A DNA stretch of 64,000 bases from contig JBMOFP010000001.1 in NCBI GenBank assembly GCA_049318805.1, forward strand, positions 61,247-125,246, in the 5' to 3' direction. The notes beneath the pieces were generated by a model that was not told the DNA's origin, did not search any database, and saw only the letters and a list, made by a program, of their open reading frames with translations. Below are positions 9,367 through 18,677 of this stretch, one piece after another (position 1 is the stretch's first letter; the number at the start of each line of letters is the position of its first letter). This stretch comes from Bradymonadia bacterium (GTDB lineage Bacteria; Myxococcota_A; Bradymonadia; UBA7976; UBA1532). A program made the translations under genes and the position numbers.

Positions 9367-10215
9367 TCACGGTCGCGAGGGCGCGACCTCGAGTGTGGCG
9401 TCGTCGGGCACGAGCGCTGCGCCGCCCATCAGGGCCGTGCCGAGCACGAGGAGAACGGTCGGAAGGACCACCGATCCCTGTTCGCAACGACCGCCGGCCG
9501 AGCAGTTGCTTTCCGGCCACGAGACGATGGCTGCGATGAACGCCCCGGCCCCGGCCGCGATGAGCCCGACGCGGGTCGCCCTGTTCGTGGTGTAGGTCCC
9601 GACGAGGCGGGCGCCTGGTGCCACGTCGTACTCGCCCACCTCGATGGGGTCACCGTCGCCGAGGGCGAGGCCGAAGCGGTGTTGGGTGCCCTCGAGGGTC
9701 GCGGTGCACGGCGACATGCAGACCCGCTCCCACGCTTCGGCCCGCGTCGCGGCGCTCCCCCAGCCGGCGCGCCCCATGTACGCTGTCGTGTGGGCCACAG
9801 TGCGACCCACGGAGGTGAACATCGTGAGACCGGGTGGCGTGCTCTCGAAACGCACGCTCCCCGTGTTGGGCGCGCCCGCCGCTTCGACCACGGGCGGAGC
9901 GGTCGACGGGGGCGACGCAGGCGACGGCGGCGTGAAACCCGAGGCCGGGCCGAAGTAGGCGAGGGTTGTGCGATCGAGCACGCGTGTCTCACCGTCCGCC
10001 GAGCGGAACTTCACCGGACCGTCGGGGAAGGCCTCGAGGATCACACCCCGCGCCATGCCACCGGCCTTGAAGACCACGAGGTCGGGGGGCACTTCGACGA
10101 GCACGCTCGACGCCGGCGCGGGCGCATCGGGCGGCGGCGGCGCGTCGGGGGTCGCCGTGGGCGCGGCTTGCGCCAGGGCAATGCAGAGCGCAGCCATCGA
10201 GCTCGTGCTGAACAT
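9367..10215 (-). CDS. Secreted hypothetical protein with PEGA-like segment and C-terminal TM hairpin
   Basis: Signal peptide, Pro-rich linkers, VRFESTPPG and CMSPC motifs, two C-terminal hydrophobic helices. Confidence 0.65.
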   Translation of the reverse strand: MFSTSSMAALCIALAQAAPTATPDAPPPPDAPAPASSVLVEVPPDLVVFKAGGMARGVILEAFPDGPVKFRSADGETRVLDRTTLAYFGPASGFTPPSPASPPSTAPPVVEAAGAPNTGSVRFESTPPGLTMFTSVGRTVAHTTAYMGRAGWGSAATRAEAWERVCMSPCTATLEGTQHRFGLALGDGDPIEVGEYDVAPGARLVGTYTTNRATRVGLIAAGAGAFIAAIVSWPESNCSAGGRCEQGSVVLPTVLLVLGTALMGGAALVPDDATLEVAPSRP

Positions 10216-10250
10216 GAACACTCCCCTGAGCAACGGCGCACCGAGTCTAT

Positions 10251-10402
10251 CAGGACGCTGAAAAAGTCCGTCCTTGGACTTTTTCAGCCCCGCTCCGCCG
10301 AAGTGAATTCGGCTCCGCTCCCGGAATCATTCGGCTTTTTCAAAGCCTCGGTGATTCCGCCGGGCCGTCCTGGCCCGGGCAGGCTGCCTTTTCAGCAGCC
10401 TG
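10251..10402. mobile_element. MITE-like structured repeat, copy 1 (152 bp)
   Basis: Imperfect terminal inverted repeats CAGGACGCTGAAAA...TTTTCAGCAGCCTG, three internal hairpins, and a near-identical copy at 11025-11152. Confidence 0.7.
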
Positions 10403-10460
10403 CTCGCAGTACAAAGCGATTTGCTTGGACACGTTCCTGACGCGCTGCCACGGTCCCGGG

Positions 10461-11024
10461 ATGCGTACCCTCCGAATCGCACTCCCGGTCCTGCTGGTCG
10501 GCTACGCCACCGCTGCAAGCGCGGCTCCCGAGAAGCATGAGAACTCGGTCGCGCTGTCCGTGTCGCCGCTCCACCTCGCGTTCCCTGTCTTCGAGGTCAC
10601 CGCCGAGCTGCTCGTGAGCCCTCAGTTCTCGGTCGCGCTGGTCGCGGGCGCCGGAACCGTCTCTATCGAGACGACGGAGAGCGGGGAGACGTCCTCCGAC
10701 AAGTTCACCGTCTACGAGGTCGGCGCCCAGGGTCGTTACTATTTCTACGGGACCGCGCAAGAGGGCGCCCTGGCGGGCCTCGAGCTCATGTACGCCCATG
10801 TCTCCGGTGAGACCGAACGCGCGACCGGCGTGGGCAACGGCCTCGGGGTCGGCCCGATCATCGGCTACAAGTGGGTGTGGGACTCGGGCTTCTTCATCGA
10901 CCTGAACGGTGGGGTGCTCTTCCTCGCCGTCCAGGCCGAGGCGACGGACGGCGAGACGACTTCGTCGGACGAGGCCAGCGCCCTGAATCCGAACCTGAAC
11001 TTCAACCTCGGCCTCTCGTTCTGA
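10461..11024 (+). CDS. Small outer-membrane beta-barrel protein (DUF3575-like)
   Basis: Signal peptide, alternating amphipathic strands (GRYYF, GYKWVW) and C-terminal NLGLSF with terminal Phe. Confidence 0.75.
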   Translation: MRTLRIALPVLLVGYATAASAAPEKHENSVALSVSPLHLAFPVFEVTAELLVSPQFSVALVAGAGTVSIETTESGETSSDKFTVYEVGAQGRYYFYGTAQEGALAGLELMYAHVSGETERATGVGNGLGVGPIIGYKWVWDSGFFIDLNGGVLFLAVQAEATDGETTSSDEASALNPNLNFNLGLSF

Positions 11025-11152
11025 CAGGACGCTGAAGAAGTCCGTCCTTGGGCTTTTTCGGCTCCGCTCCCGGAATCATTCGGCTTTTTCAAAGCCTCGG
11101 TGATTCCGCCGGGCCATCCTGGCCCGGGCAGGCTGCCTTTTTCAGCAGCCTG
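11025..11152. mobile_element. MITE-like structured repeat, copy 2 (128 bp, 25-bp internal deletion)
   Basis: Direct repeat of 10251-10402 that starts immediately after the TGA of the beta-barrel gene. Confidence 0.7.
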
Positions 11153-11168
11153 CCAAGACCGCGGCGGC

Positions 11169-13469
11169 TCAGCCGTCGCAGTAGCCGAGCGCCGGGGTGC
11201 CGAGCACGCCGCCGCGGCACATGACGCCCGCGGGGCAGGGGTGGGTCTCGTCGCAGAGGCGCCGGCACAGGTCGTTCGCGCCGGCCGGCGAGACACACGC
11301 GTAGCCCGCCGCGCAGTCGCTTCGACCGGGCTCGAAGCTCTCGAAGCACCGCTCGCCGTCCGCGGCGTCGTCGTTGTCGTTGGTGCAGATGCCCACGACG
11401 AGGTTCGCGGCGTCGCCGGGGCGCGGGCGCGTAGGTCGGCAGACCTCGCGCGGTCCACAGCCCTGGCCGCCGAAGGGGTCGCACTCGCCCAGGCAGACAC
11501 CCAGCGCGGACAGGTTCAGCAGGCCGAAGTAGCAGGTGCCGCCCGGCGCGCAGCCGCTGGTGTCTTCGGCCGTGCAGATCGCACCGCACTGGTCGACGCC
11601 GTCCTCTTCGAGCGGCGCACACACATGCGCCGCGGTGCAGTCGCCCCAGTACTCGACGGCGTCGGCACCGAAACACGAGTCGCCCTGCACGCCGTCGCCG
11701 TCGCGCACGTCGTCGATACACGCCGAAATCAGGCGCGCGCCCGGGCCCTCACCCAGTTGCTCGATGACGGCACAGCGCTGGTTCGCGAGGCAGCCGGCTT
11801 GCGCGATGGGGTCGCAGACCTCGAGACAGAAGCTCAGTCCGGGCACCCGCGCCGAGTAGTCGACACATTGGAGGCTCGCGGGCATGCCCGGGCAGGCCGC
11901 TTCGGCGCTGCAGGGCGGCAAGCACGCCCCGTACTGGCACAGGAGCCCCGCCGCGCAGTTCTGCCCCGCCGCGGGGTCGCACGCGCGTCCGAAGGGCACG
12001 TTGCCCACGGGCGTGCAGAGCGTGGCCGGGGGGTAGACCGCGCAGCCCGATGGGCCGCCGCAGACCTCTTCGTTGTTGAGCCCGTCGCAGCCGTCGCTGG
12101 GGACACACGCGCCGTCGCAGGTCCGGGAGCCGGCGATGCAGCGGTCGAGGGGCACGCAGGCCTCGTTCGCGCCGCAGCCGGGCTGGGGATCGAAGGCATC
12201 GCACCCGGGTCGACAGACCCCGCCGCCCTCGGCCCGGGGCACGCAGACCAGCTCGAAGAGGCACAGGTCGATGTTCGGGTTGCACAGCGAGTCCTCGGTG
12301 CCGTCGCCGATCCGGGTGCACACGCCCTCGATGCACAACTCGTTGAAGTTGCAGTCGAAATCCTGGCGGCATGCCTCCGGGGGGGCGGCCACGCACGCGC
12401 CGTTCTGGCAGACCTCGCCGAAGCCGCACTCGAAGTCGGCGATACACGCCCCGGGCACGTCGGGACGACACACCCCGAAGTCGCAGAGCTCGCCGGGCGC
12501 GCAGTCCCGGTCGCTGAAGCAGTCGAAACCACCGCCGTCACAGTCGTTGCCGTCGGAGCCGAGCGGGCAAGGCCCGCCGACGCTCACGTCGTCACACTCG
12601 CCGTCGTTGATCCACGCGGGCGGGCACAGGCCCCCGCCGCCCCCTGCGCAGTCGTCGACGTCGCTGCCCTCGGGGCAGGCGCCGGTCCCCTCGGGCTCGT
12701 CGCACTCGTCGTCGTTCGTGAAGATGCACGCGCCACCACCGCCGAAGCAGAACCCGTTCAGACAGAGCCCTCCCGGCCCGCAGTCCGCGTCGCCGAGACA
12801 CTCCCCGCCGCCCCCGCCGCCGCAGTCCGCGCCGTCCGTGCCCGGCGCACAGTCCAGGGGCTCGTCGCAGAAGCCGTCGTTGGCGAACGGGCAATCATCG
12901 CCACCGCCCCCGCCGAGTGGCACGCAGGTGCCCGACTCGAGGTCGCAGCGTTCGTCCGGCGCACAGTCCGCGCCGCCCTCACAGGCCCCGCCGGGCAGAC
13001 CGCGGCAGTCCGCGGGGTCCGTGCCCTCGGCGCACATGCCCGTGCCCCCGGGTTCGTCGCAGACGTTGTCGTTGACGAACTCGCAGGGGCCGTTGGGCGG
13101 CGGATCGGGCACACGCGCGTCCCGGACGGGCGGCGGCACGTCGCCGCCCACCGGTCCTGCGCCGCTGTCCTCGTCGGACGTCCCGACGTCGAGGAACGGG
13201 ATCGCATCGGGCTCGTCGGGCGGGGGCTCCGCGTCGACACGGAGGACCCCGTCGTCGGGGTCGGGCAGGCGCGCGTCGGCCGCCACCGCGATGCCGGAGT
13301 CGCGCTGAGGGGTCGGGCGCACGCAGGCGCCGTCGATGCAGCGTTCACCGTCTGCGCAGTCGGAGCGTGTCTCGCAGGCGGCCGCGAGCAGGTTCCCCGC
13401 CTTGTCGGCGGCGTCTTCACACGCGAGGATCGGCAGAGCGCCGAGGAGCAGGAGCAATCGAGAGTGCAT
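11169..13469 (-). CDS. Large Cys-rich lipoprotein
   Basis: Lipobox ILAC, repeated C.F.ND..CDEP..C..G.D..DC units and C..D.DC..GE.C..G.C (Dickkopf-like) units. Confidence 0.8.
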   Translation of the reverse strand: MHSRLLLLLGALPILACEDAADKAGNLLAAACETRSDCADGERCIDGACVRPTPQRDSGIAVAADARLPDPDDGVLRVDAEPPPDEPDAIPFLDVGTSDEDSGAGPVGGDVPPPVRDARVPDPPPNGPCEFVNDNVCDEPGGTGMCAEGTDPADCRGLPGGACEGGADCAPDERCDLESGTCVPLGGGGGDDCPFANDGFCDEPLDCAPGTDGADCGGGGGGECLGDADCGPGGLCLNGFCFGGGGACIFTNDDECDEPEGTGACPEGSDVDDCAGGGGGLCPPAWINDGECDDVSVGGPCPLGSDGNDCDGGGFDCFSDRDCAPGELCDFGVCRPDVPGACIADFECGFGEVCQNGACVAAPPEACRQDFDCNFNELCIEGVCTRIGDGTEDSLCNPNIDLCLFELVCVPRAEGGGVCRPGCDAFDPQPGCGANEACVPLDRCIAGSRTCDGACVPSDGCDGLNNEEVCGGPSGCAVYPPATLCTPVGNVPFGRACDPAAGQNCAAGLLCQYGACLPPCSAEAACPGMPASLQCVDYSARVPGLSFCLEVCDPIAQAGCLANQRCAVIEQLGEGPGARLISACIDDVRDGDGVQGDSCFGADAVEYWGDCTAAHVCAPLEEDGVDQCGAICTAEDTSGCAPGGTCYFGLLNLSALGVCLGECDPFGGQGCGPREVCRPTRPRPGDAANLVVGICTNDNDDAADGERCFESFEPGRSDCAAGYACVSPAGANDLCRRLCDETHPCPAGVMCRGGVLGTPALGYCDG

Positions 13470-13508
13470 CCCTGCAGGATAAGGCCGAACGCCGCGTCGA
13501 TTAAAGCT

Positions 13509-13940
13509 TCACTGCGGCATGGGGATGGGCTGCACATCCCCCGCGGGCTCCAAGACCGGCATCACGCCGAGCTCGGGCGCGAGCGGAAGAGGCGACGCCA
13601 TCATCGGCTTGAGCTGGAAGAGCCCGCGCACCTCGACGGTCGCGTCCACCAGGCGGTCCTGCTCCTCGAGCGGCCTGGGCACGAGCCCGAGTCGAACGGG
13701 GCGACCGCCGACCCACAGCACGACCCAGCCCGGGTCTCGCGCCGGATCACCCAGCTTCAGGTCGAGGCCCACGCGTCGGTACACGCCCACGAGGCGAATC
13801 TCACGGCCGTCGTGGCCGTCGAGCGCCTCCGCGGTCTGAACGCGCGGTGCCTCGTCCCGTGTCGTGTCGGTGGTGCCGCCGCAGCCGGCGAGGGCCGAGA
13901 GGCCGATGAGCGCACAGGAGCGCCAGATACCCAGCTTCAT
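13509..13940 (-). CDS. Hypothetical lipoprotein (OB-fold-like)
   Basis: Lipobox LAGC with an upstream GGGGAG RBS. Confidence 0.6.
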   Translation of the reverse strand: MKLGIWRSCALIGLSALAGCGGTTDTTRDEAPRVQTAEALDGHDGREIRLVGVYRRVGLDLKLGDPARDPGWVVLWVGGRPVRLGLVPRPLEEQDRLVDATVEVRGLFQLKPMMASPLPLAPELGVMPVLEPAGDVQPIPMPQ

Positions 13941-14054
13941 ATCTCCCCCTTCGGCGTCGCGCCTCGCGGGTGTTGCACCGAGACCTTGAGCACGCGGGGC
14001 GTGCGCGCAAGGGGCGCTTGACCTCTGACCCCGTGAACGTGAGATTGCCGCGCC

Positions 14055-15950
14055 ATGGCCACCCCACGTCAGATCCTCCGATACCGATTCGACAACCTCA
14101 TGGCGCGCGGGGCGGGCGCCCAGATGCTCGTTCTAGGGCTGCTCACGGGCGGCGCCATCGTGCTCACCGCGCTCACCCTCATCGCCCTCGACCTCGTGCC
14201 GAAGGACGAGACCGGCGAGTCGGAGTCCTTCTCGCGCCTCCTGTGGCGCGGGCTGATGCGCGCCATGGACGCGGGCGCGGTCGGCGGGGACGCGGGCTCG
14301 TGGTCGTTCTTGTTCGTGATGCTCGCGATCACGCTCGTCGGCATCTTCGTGCTGTCGGCGCTCATCGGCATCCTGAACGGCGCCCTCGAGCGTGTGCTCG
14401 AGAACCTGCGTAAGGGCCGCAGCTTCGTGGTCGAGCGCAACCACGTCGTCATCCTCGGCTACTCCCCCAAGATTCACACACTCCTGTCCGAGCTCGCCGA
14501 GGCCAACGCGAACCACCGCGGCGCGTGTGTCGTGGTGCTCGCCGACCGCGACAAGGTCGAGATGGACGACGAGATCGCGCTGCGGCTGGGCGGCCGACTC
14601 CGCGTCGTTACCCGCTCCGGCAGCCCCACCGATCCCACCGACCTCGCGCTCGTCAACCTGCGCGCGGCCCGCACCGTCATCGTGCCCGCTCCCGAGGCGC
14701 CGGCGGGTCACGAGGTCGAGCCCCGCTTGGCGGATACGGTCGTCTTGAAGGCGCTGCTGGCGGTGTCGAAGGCCGAGGGTGTGCAGCCCGGCCGCCCGCA
14801 CATCGTCGCCGAGCTGAAGGACGCCCGCACCCACCTCGTGGCGCGGCAGGTCGTGGGTCCGACGGCCGCGCTCGTGCTCTCGACGCCGCTCATCAGCCGT
14901 CTGCTCGTCCAGACGGGGCGCCAGTCCGGGCTCTCTTCGGTCTACACGGAGCTGCTCGATTTCGGGGGCTGCGAGATCTACACGGCGCCGCAGCCGGCGT
15001 TGAACGGGAAGACCTTTCGCGAGGCGCTGGCGGCCTACGAAGGCAGCGCGCCCCTGGGTGTGCTCACCGCGGGCGGAGACCTGCGGCTCGCGGCCTTCGA
15101 GCACCGCTTCGGACCGGGCGACCAGCTCGTGGTGCTGACCGAGGATGACGACACCATTCGACTCGACGCGCGTCCGGGGACGCTGCGCACCGAGCTCATC
15201 GTCGAAGGGCCGGCGAGCGCGCCGCCGAGGGTCGAGCGTACGCTCGTGCTCGGTGCCAGCGAGCGCCTGGAGCTCGTGCTCGGGGAGCTGGATGCCTACG
15301 CGGCGCCGGGGAGCCAGGTCACCGTCGTCGGCGACCTCGACACCGACGCCGTCGAGCCGCGGCTCGAGCGGGCGATCAAGCGCCTCACGCGCATCCAGAC
15401 CTCGTTTCGAGCCGGGGATGTGACCGACCGCGACGTTCTCGACAGTCTCGAGACCTGGGCCTTCGACCACGTCATCGTGCTCGCCGAGACACGCCAGCAT
15501 GGGCACGAGATGGCCGACGCCCGCACCCTGATCACCCTGCTGCACCTGCGCGACCAGGGGCGTCGTGTGGGCCGGGTCGTGCCCGTGACCACCGAGATGC
15601 TCGACCTCCGCAACCAGGCACTGGCCCAGGCAACGGACGCCGATGACTTCATCGTGAGTGACACACTCGTGAGCCTCATGATGACGCAGGTCGCGGAGAA
15701 CCCCCACCTCGTGCAGGTCTTCGAGGAGCTCTTCAGCCCCGAAGGGCACGAGCTCTACCTTAAGCCCGCGTCCCACTTCGTGCAGTTGCGAACGCCCGTG
15801 TCCTTCGCGACGGTCGTGGAGTCGGCGGCGCGCAAGGGCATGGTGGCCCTGGGTCACAGGGTGGGGGGGAAGGTTGGGCTGAATCCCGCGAAGAGCGCGC
15901 TCGCGACCTACGGGGAGCTCGACAAGGTCGTCGTCATCGCCGACAGCTGA
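14055..15950 (+). CDS. CASTOR/POLLUX-related ion channel with RCK domains
   Basis: LRYRFDN N-terminus, TM-pore(MDAG)-TM, LRKGRSFVVE.NHVVILG, GLSSVYTELLDF.GCEIY and a second RCK-like domain. Confidence 0.85.
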   Translation: MATPRQILRYRFDNLMARGAGAQMLVLGLLTGGAIVLTALTLIALDLVPKDETGESESFSRLLWRGLMRAMDAGAVGGDAGSWSFLFVMLAITLVGIFVLSALIGILNGALERVLENLRKGRSFVVERNHVVILGYSPKIHTLLSELAEANANHRGACVVVLADRDKVEMDDEIALRLGGRLRVVTRSGSPTDPTDLALVNLRAARTVIVPAPEAPAGHEVEPRLADTVVLKALLAVSKAEGVQPGRPHIVAELKDARTHLVARQVVGPTAALVLSTPLISRLLVQTGRQSGLSSVYTELLDFGGCEIYTAPQPALNGKTFREALAAYEGSAPLGVLTAGGDLRLAAFEHRFGPGDQLVVLTEDDDTIRLDARPGTLRTELIVEGPASAPPRVERTLVLGASERLELVLGELDAYAAPGSQVTVVGDLDTDAVEPRLERAIKRLTRIQTSFRAGDVTDRDVLDSLETWAFDHVIVLAETRQHGHEMADARTLITLLHLRDQGRRVGRVVPVTTEMLDLRNQALAQATDADDFIVSDTLVSLMMTQVAENPHLVQVFEELFSPEGHELYLKPASHFVQLRTPVSFATVVESAARKGMVALGHRVGGKVGLNPAKSALATYGELDKVVVIADS

Positions 15951-16034
15951 GGCGAGCGCGGGCCGAAGCTTCCGAGTCGCTGCGGCCGCGCAGCCGTTGA
16001 CCGGCGCCGGTCGACTGGCATTTCATCCCGGGCC

Positions 16035-17192
16035 ATGAGCACCCCGACCCGATGGACCCCAGCGAAGCTCGATGAGATGCGTCTCGTCGGCGACCCGACG
16101 GCCGACGCCGTGATCGCGGCCCTCGACGACAAAGAGGAGAACGCGGTCAGCCGCCTGTTCGGGCAAATCATGCGGACGGACGACCCCGTGCCCAAGGCGC
16201 TGCCCGACGCGGCCGAGCGCTACTTCGAGGCGACCGCCGTGCCGCCGTCGTGGGCCAACGAAGCGCTCGTGCGCGAGGGCGAGGCGGTGTTCGCGAAGTA
16301 CGGGGCCGAGCTGACGGCGGCGCTGTTTTGCGCGGCGTTGCCCCAGTGCTACGCCGCCGCGAAGGGCGTCTTCGTCCTGACGGCGACGGGGCGGATGCAC
16401 GGTCACGGTCTCGAGCGGCGGGTGCTCGAGACGGCGCAGTTCCTCATCGACGTGGTGGACTCGGGCGGGCTCTCCTCGAAAGGTCGCGGGGTGCGCACGG
16501 CCCAGAAGGTGCGCCTGATGCACGCGGGCGTGCGCGAGATGATTCGCCGCGAGGCCACGAAGAACGGGTTCGACGAATCGGTTCGCGGCGCGCCGATCTG
16601 TCAGGCCGACTTGACGTACACCTTGATGACCTTCGGCTACGTGATGCTCGAGGCCTTGTCGCGCCTGGGCTTGACGCTGACGAAGCGCGAGAAGGAGGCG
16701 TGGGTCCACAGCTGGCGTGTCACGGGGCACTACATGGGCGTGCTCGAGGAGAACAACCCGGTCGACTATGCCGACGCCAAGGCCTTCTCGCAGGCCTACA
16801 GACGGCACAGCTTCGCGGCCTCACCCGAGGGCATCGAGCTGACGCGCTCGCTCGTGAACTTCATGAAGAAGACGCTGCCGGGGCGCCTCTTCGACGGCAT
16901 CCCCGCAGCGCTCATTCGCCAACTGAACGGCGACGCGCTCGCGCAGATGCTCGCCGTGGAGAAGGCGCCGGTGACGAGCAAGTTCATCCGCTCCGAGGTG
17001 AAGCTCTTCCGTGCGCTGGACTCCCACCTGCCGGGCGGGTTGCGGATGCGTCCCGGTCTCGGCAATTGGTTCGACGAGTTCATCGAAGCGATCGTTCTGG
17101 TCAGTCGAGGCGGGAAACAAGCGGAGTTCCGAATCCCGAACTCCCTCTCCGCGTCGCGACGGGGTGTCTCGAGGAAAAAGCGTTCCCGGTGA
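16035..17192 (+). CDS. MpaB/Lcp-like (DUF2236) heme oxygenase family protein
   Basis: GDPTADAV, LPQCYAA, RRVLETAQF, KVRLMHAGVR and GAPICQAD motifs. Confidence 0.85.
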   Translation: MSTPTRWTPAKLDEMRLVGDPTADAVIAALDDKEENAVSRLFGQIMRTDDPVPKALPDAAERYFEATAVPPSWANEALVREGEAVFAKYGAELTAALFCAALPQCYAAAKGVFVLTATGRMHGHGLERRVLETAQFLIDVVDSGGLSSKGRGVRTAQKVRLMHAGVREMIRREATKNGFDESVRGAPICQADLTYTLMTFGYVMLEALSRLGLTLTKREKEAWVHSWRVTGHYMGVLEENNPVDYADAKAFSQAYRRHSFAASPEGIELTRSLVNFMKKTLPGRLFDGIPAALIRQLNGDALAQMLAVEKAPVTSKFIRSEVKLFRALDSHLPGGLRMRPGLGNWFDEFIEAIVLVSRGGKQAEFRIPNSLSASRRGVSRKKRSR

Positions 17193-17195
17193 CGC

Positions 17196-18677
17196 CTACC
17201 CGAAGACGATCGGCACCGCGACCAGGCACCATGCGGCCGCGAGCGCCGCAGCCGCGACGTCGAGGACGAGGCCCGTGCGCACCATCCTCGAAACCGTGAG
17301 GTAGCCGCTGCCGAAGACGATGGCGTTGGGCGGGGTGCCCGCGGGCAGCGCGAAGTCGCACGATGCGGCGATCGTCGCGGCGAAAAGCACCGTCGTCAGG
17401 CCGTGGGCGCTGACGGCGTCGCGCAGCACGTTGAGCATCACACCCGTCGTCGCCGTATTGCTCGTGAAGGCCGACAGCGCCACGGTGGCGAAGCTCGCGA
17501 TGAAGACCTGGACGGGCAGGCTCTGGGCGCTGAGCCCCGAGAGCTGGTCGCCGAGGCAGCGGCTGAGGCCGCTCGACTGCACGGCGGCGGCCATGCTGAA
17601 CGCACCGCCGAGGAGCACGAGCGTGTCCCACGGCACGAGGCGCAAGGAGCGCAGCGCGAGCGCCGCCTGCCCCTGCACCCGGCAAAGGAGCAGGAAGAGC
17701 GCCGCGGTCATGGCGATCGTGCCCTCGACCATGGCGCCCGTGACCTTGAAGTCGGTGAACTCCGGTGCGACGAGCGCCGTGAGCGGGCTGCCGGCCATCC
17801 ACAGGCCCGCGGTGGTGCAGAACACCCCCAGCACGATCCACTCGCCCCGCGACATCGGGCCGAGCTGCTTCTCGGCCTCGGCGATCACCCTCTCGCCCGC
17901 GACCGAGGACGGTGCGTCGCCGCGTCCGGTGGTCCACAGCAGCCACCACGTGAAGGGGATGAACAGCACCACGAAGGGGAGCCCCACGGCCATGAACTGG
18001 AGAAAGCCGACCTCGACACCGATCCCCGACATGAACTGCGCGAACTGCGTATTGGGCGCGGTGCCGATCTTCGTGCCGATGCCCCCGATGTTCGCGCCGT
18101 AGGCGACGGCGAGCATCGTCGACGCGCCGTACCCCACGAGGCGGGTGCCCCCGGACTGGCGCTCCAGCTCGAGCACGACCGAGAGCGCGATGGGCAACAT
18201 CATCGCGGCGGTCGCCGTGTTGGAGATCCACATCGACACGAACGCCGTCCCGGCCAGCACCCCGAGGAGCAGCCGCTTCGGGTCCGTGCCCACGGTGGCC
18301 ATGATGCGGACCGCGATGCGGCGATGCAGGCCCCACTGCTGCATGGCGGCCGCGATGCACATGCCCCCCAGGAATAGGAAGATGTACGGGTCGATGTAGG
18401 GCCTCGCCGCGCTCGTGACCCGATCGAAGAAGCCGCCGGGGACCACGGTGAGAAAGGGAAACGTGAGGATGGGCACCAGGGCCGTCCACTGGATCGGGAC
18501 GGCCTCCGTGAGCCACCACGCGGCCATCAGGAACGTGACCGCCGCGGCGTGGGCGGGCCGGTCTCCATGTTCGCCGTAGTGGTGCAGCGGCGAGTCGATC
18601 ACCAGGATCGCGAGCGCGCCCACGAGGCCCGCGACCACGGGTCCCCAGCGAATCTGGGCCGCGGCCTCGGCGCTCAC
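17196..18677 (-). CDS. DASS/SLC13 sodium-coupled dicarboxylate/sulfate symporter
   Basis: Two SNT motifs (WISNTATA, TSNTATT), IGTAPN and LPAGTPPNAIVFG; many TM helices. Confidence 0.92.
   Translation of the reverse strand: MSAEAAAQIRWGPVVAGLVGALAILVIDSPLHHYGEHGDRPAHAAAVTFLMAAWWLTEAVPIQWTALVPILTFPFLTVVPGGFFDRVTSAARPYIDPYIFLFLGGMCIAAAMQQWGLHRRIAVRIMATVGTDPKRLLLGVLAGTAFVSMWISNTATAAMMLPIALSVVLELERQSGGTRLVGYGASTMLAVAYGANIGGIGTKIGTAPNTQFAQFMSGIGVEVGFLQFMAVGLPFVVLFIPFTWWLLWTTGRGDAPSSVAGERVIAEAEKQLGPMSRGEWIVLGVFCTTAGLWMAGSPLTALVAPEFTDFKVTGAMVEGTIAMTAALFLLLCRVQGQAALALRSLRLVPWDTLVLLGGAFSMAAAVQSSGLSRCLGDQLSGLSAQSLPVQVFIASFATVALSAFTSNTATTGVMLNVLRDAVSAHGLTTVLFAATIAASCDFALPAGTPPNAIVFGSGYLTVSRMVRTGLVLDVAAAALAAAWCLVAVPIVFG

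Noticed and set aside
11100-14021. Long antisense or alternative-frame ORFs (e.g. 11100-14021+, 19720-22548+, 33784-36084-, 50265-52841-, 56323-59985-)
   Set aside because: These are shadow ORFs expected in very GC-rich DNA; they have no motifs and overlap well-supported genes.
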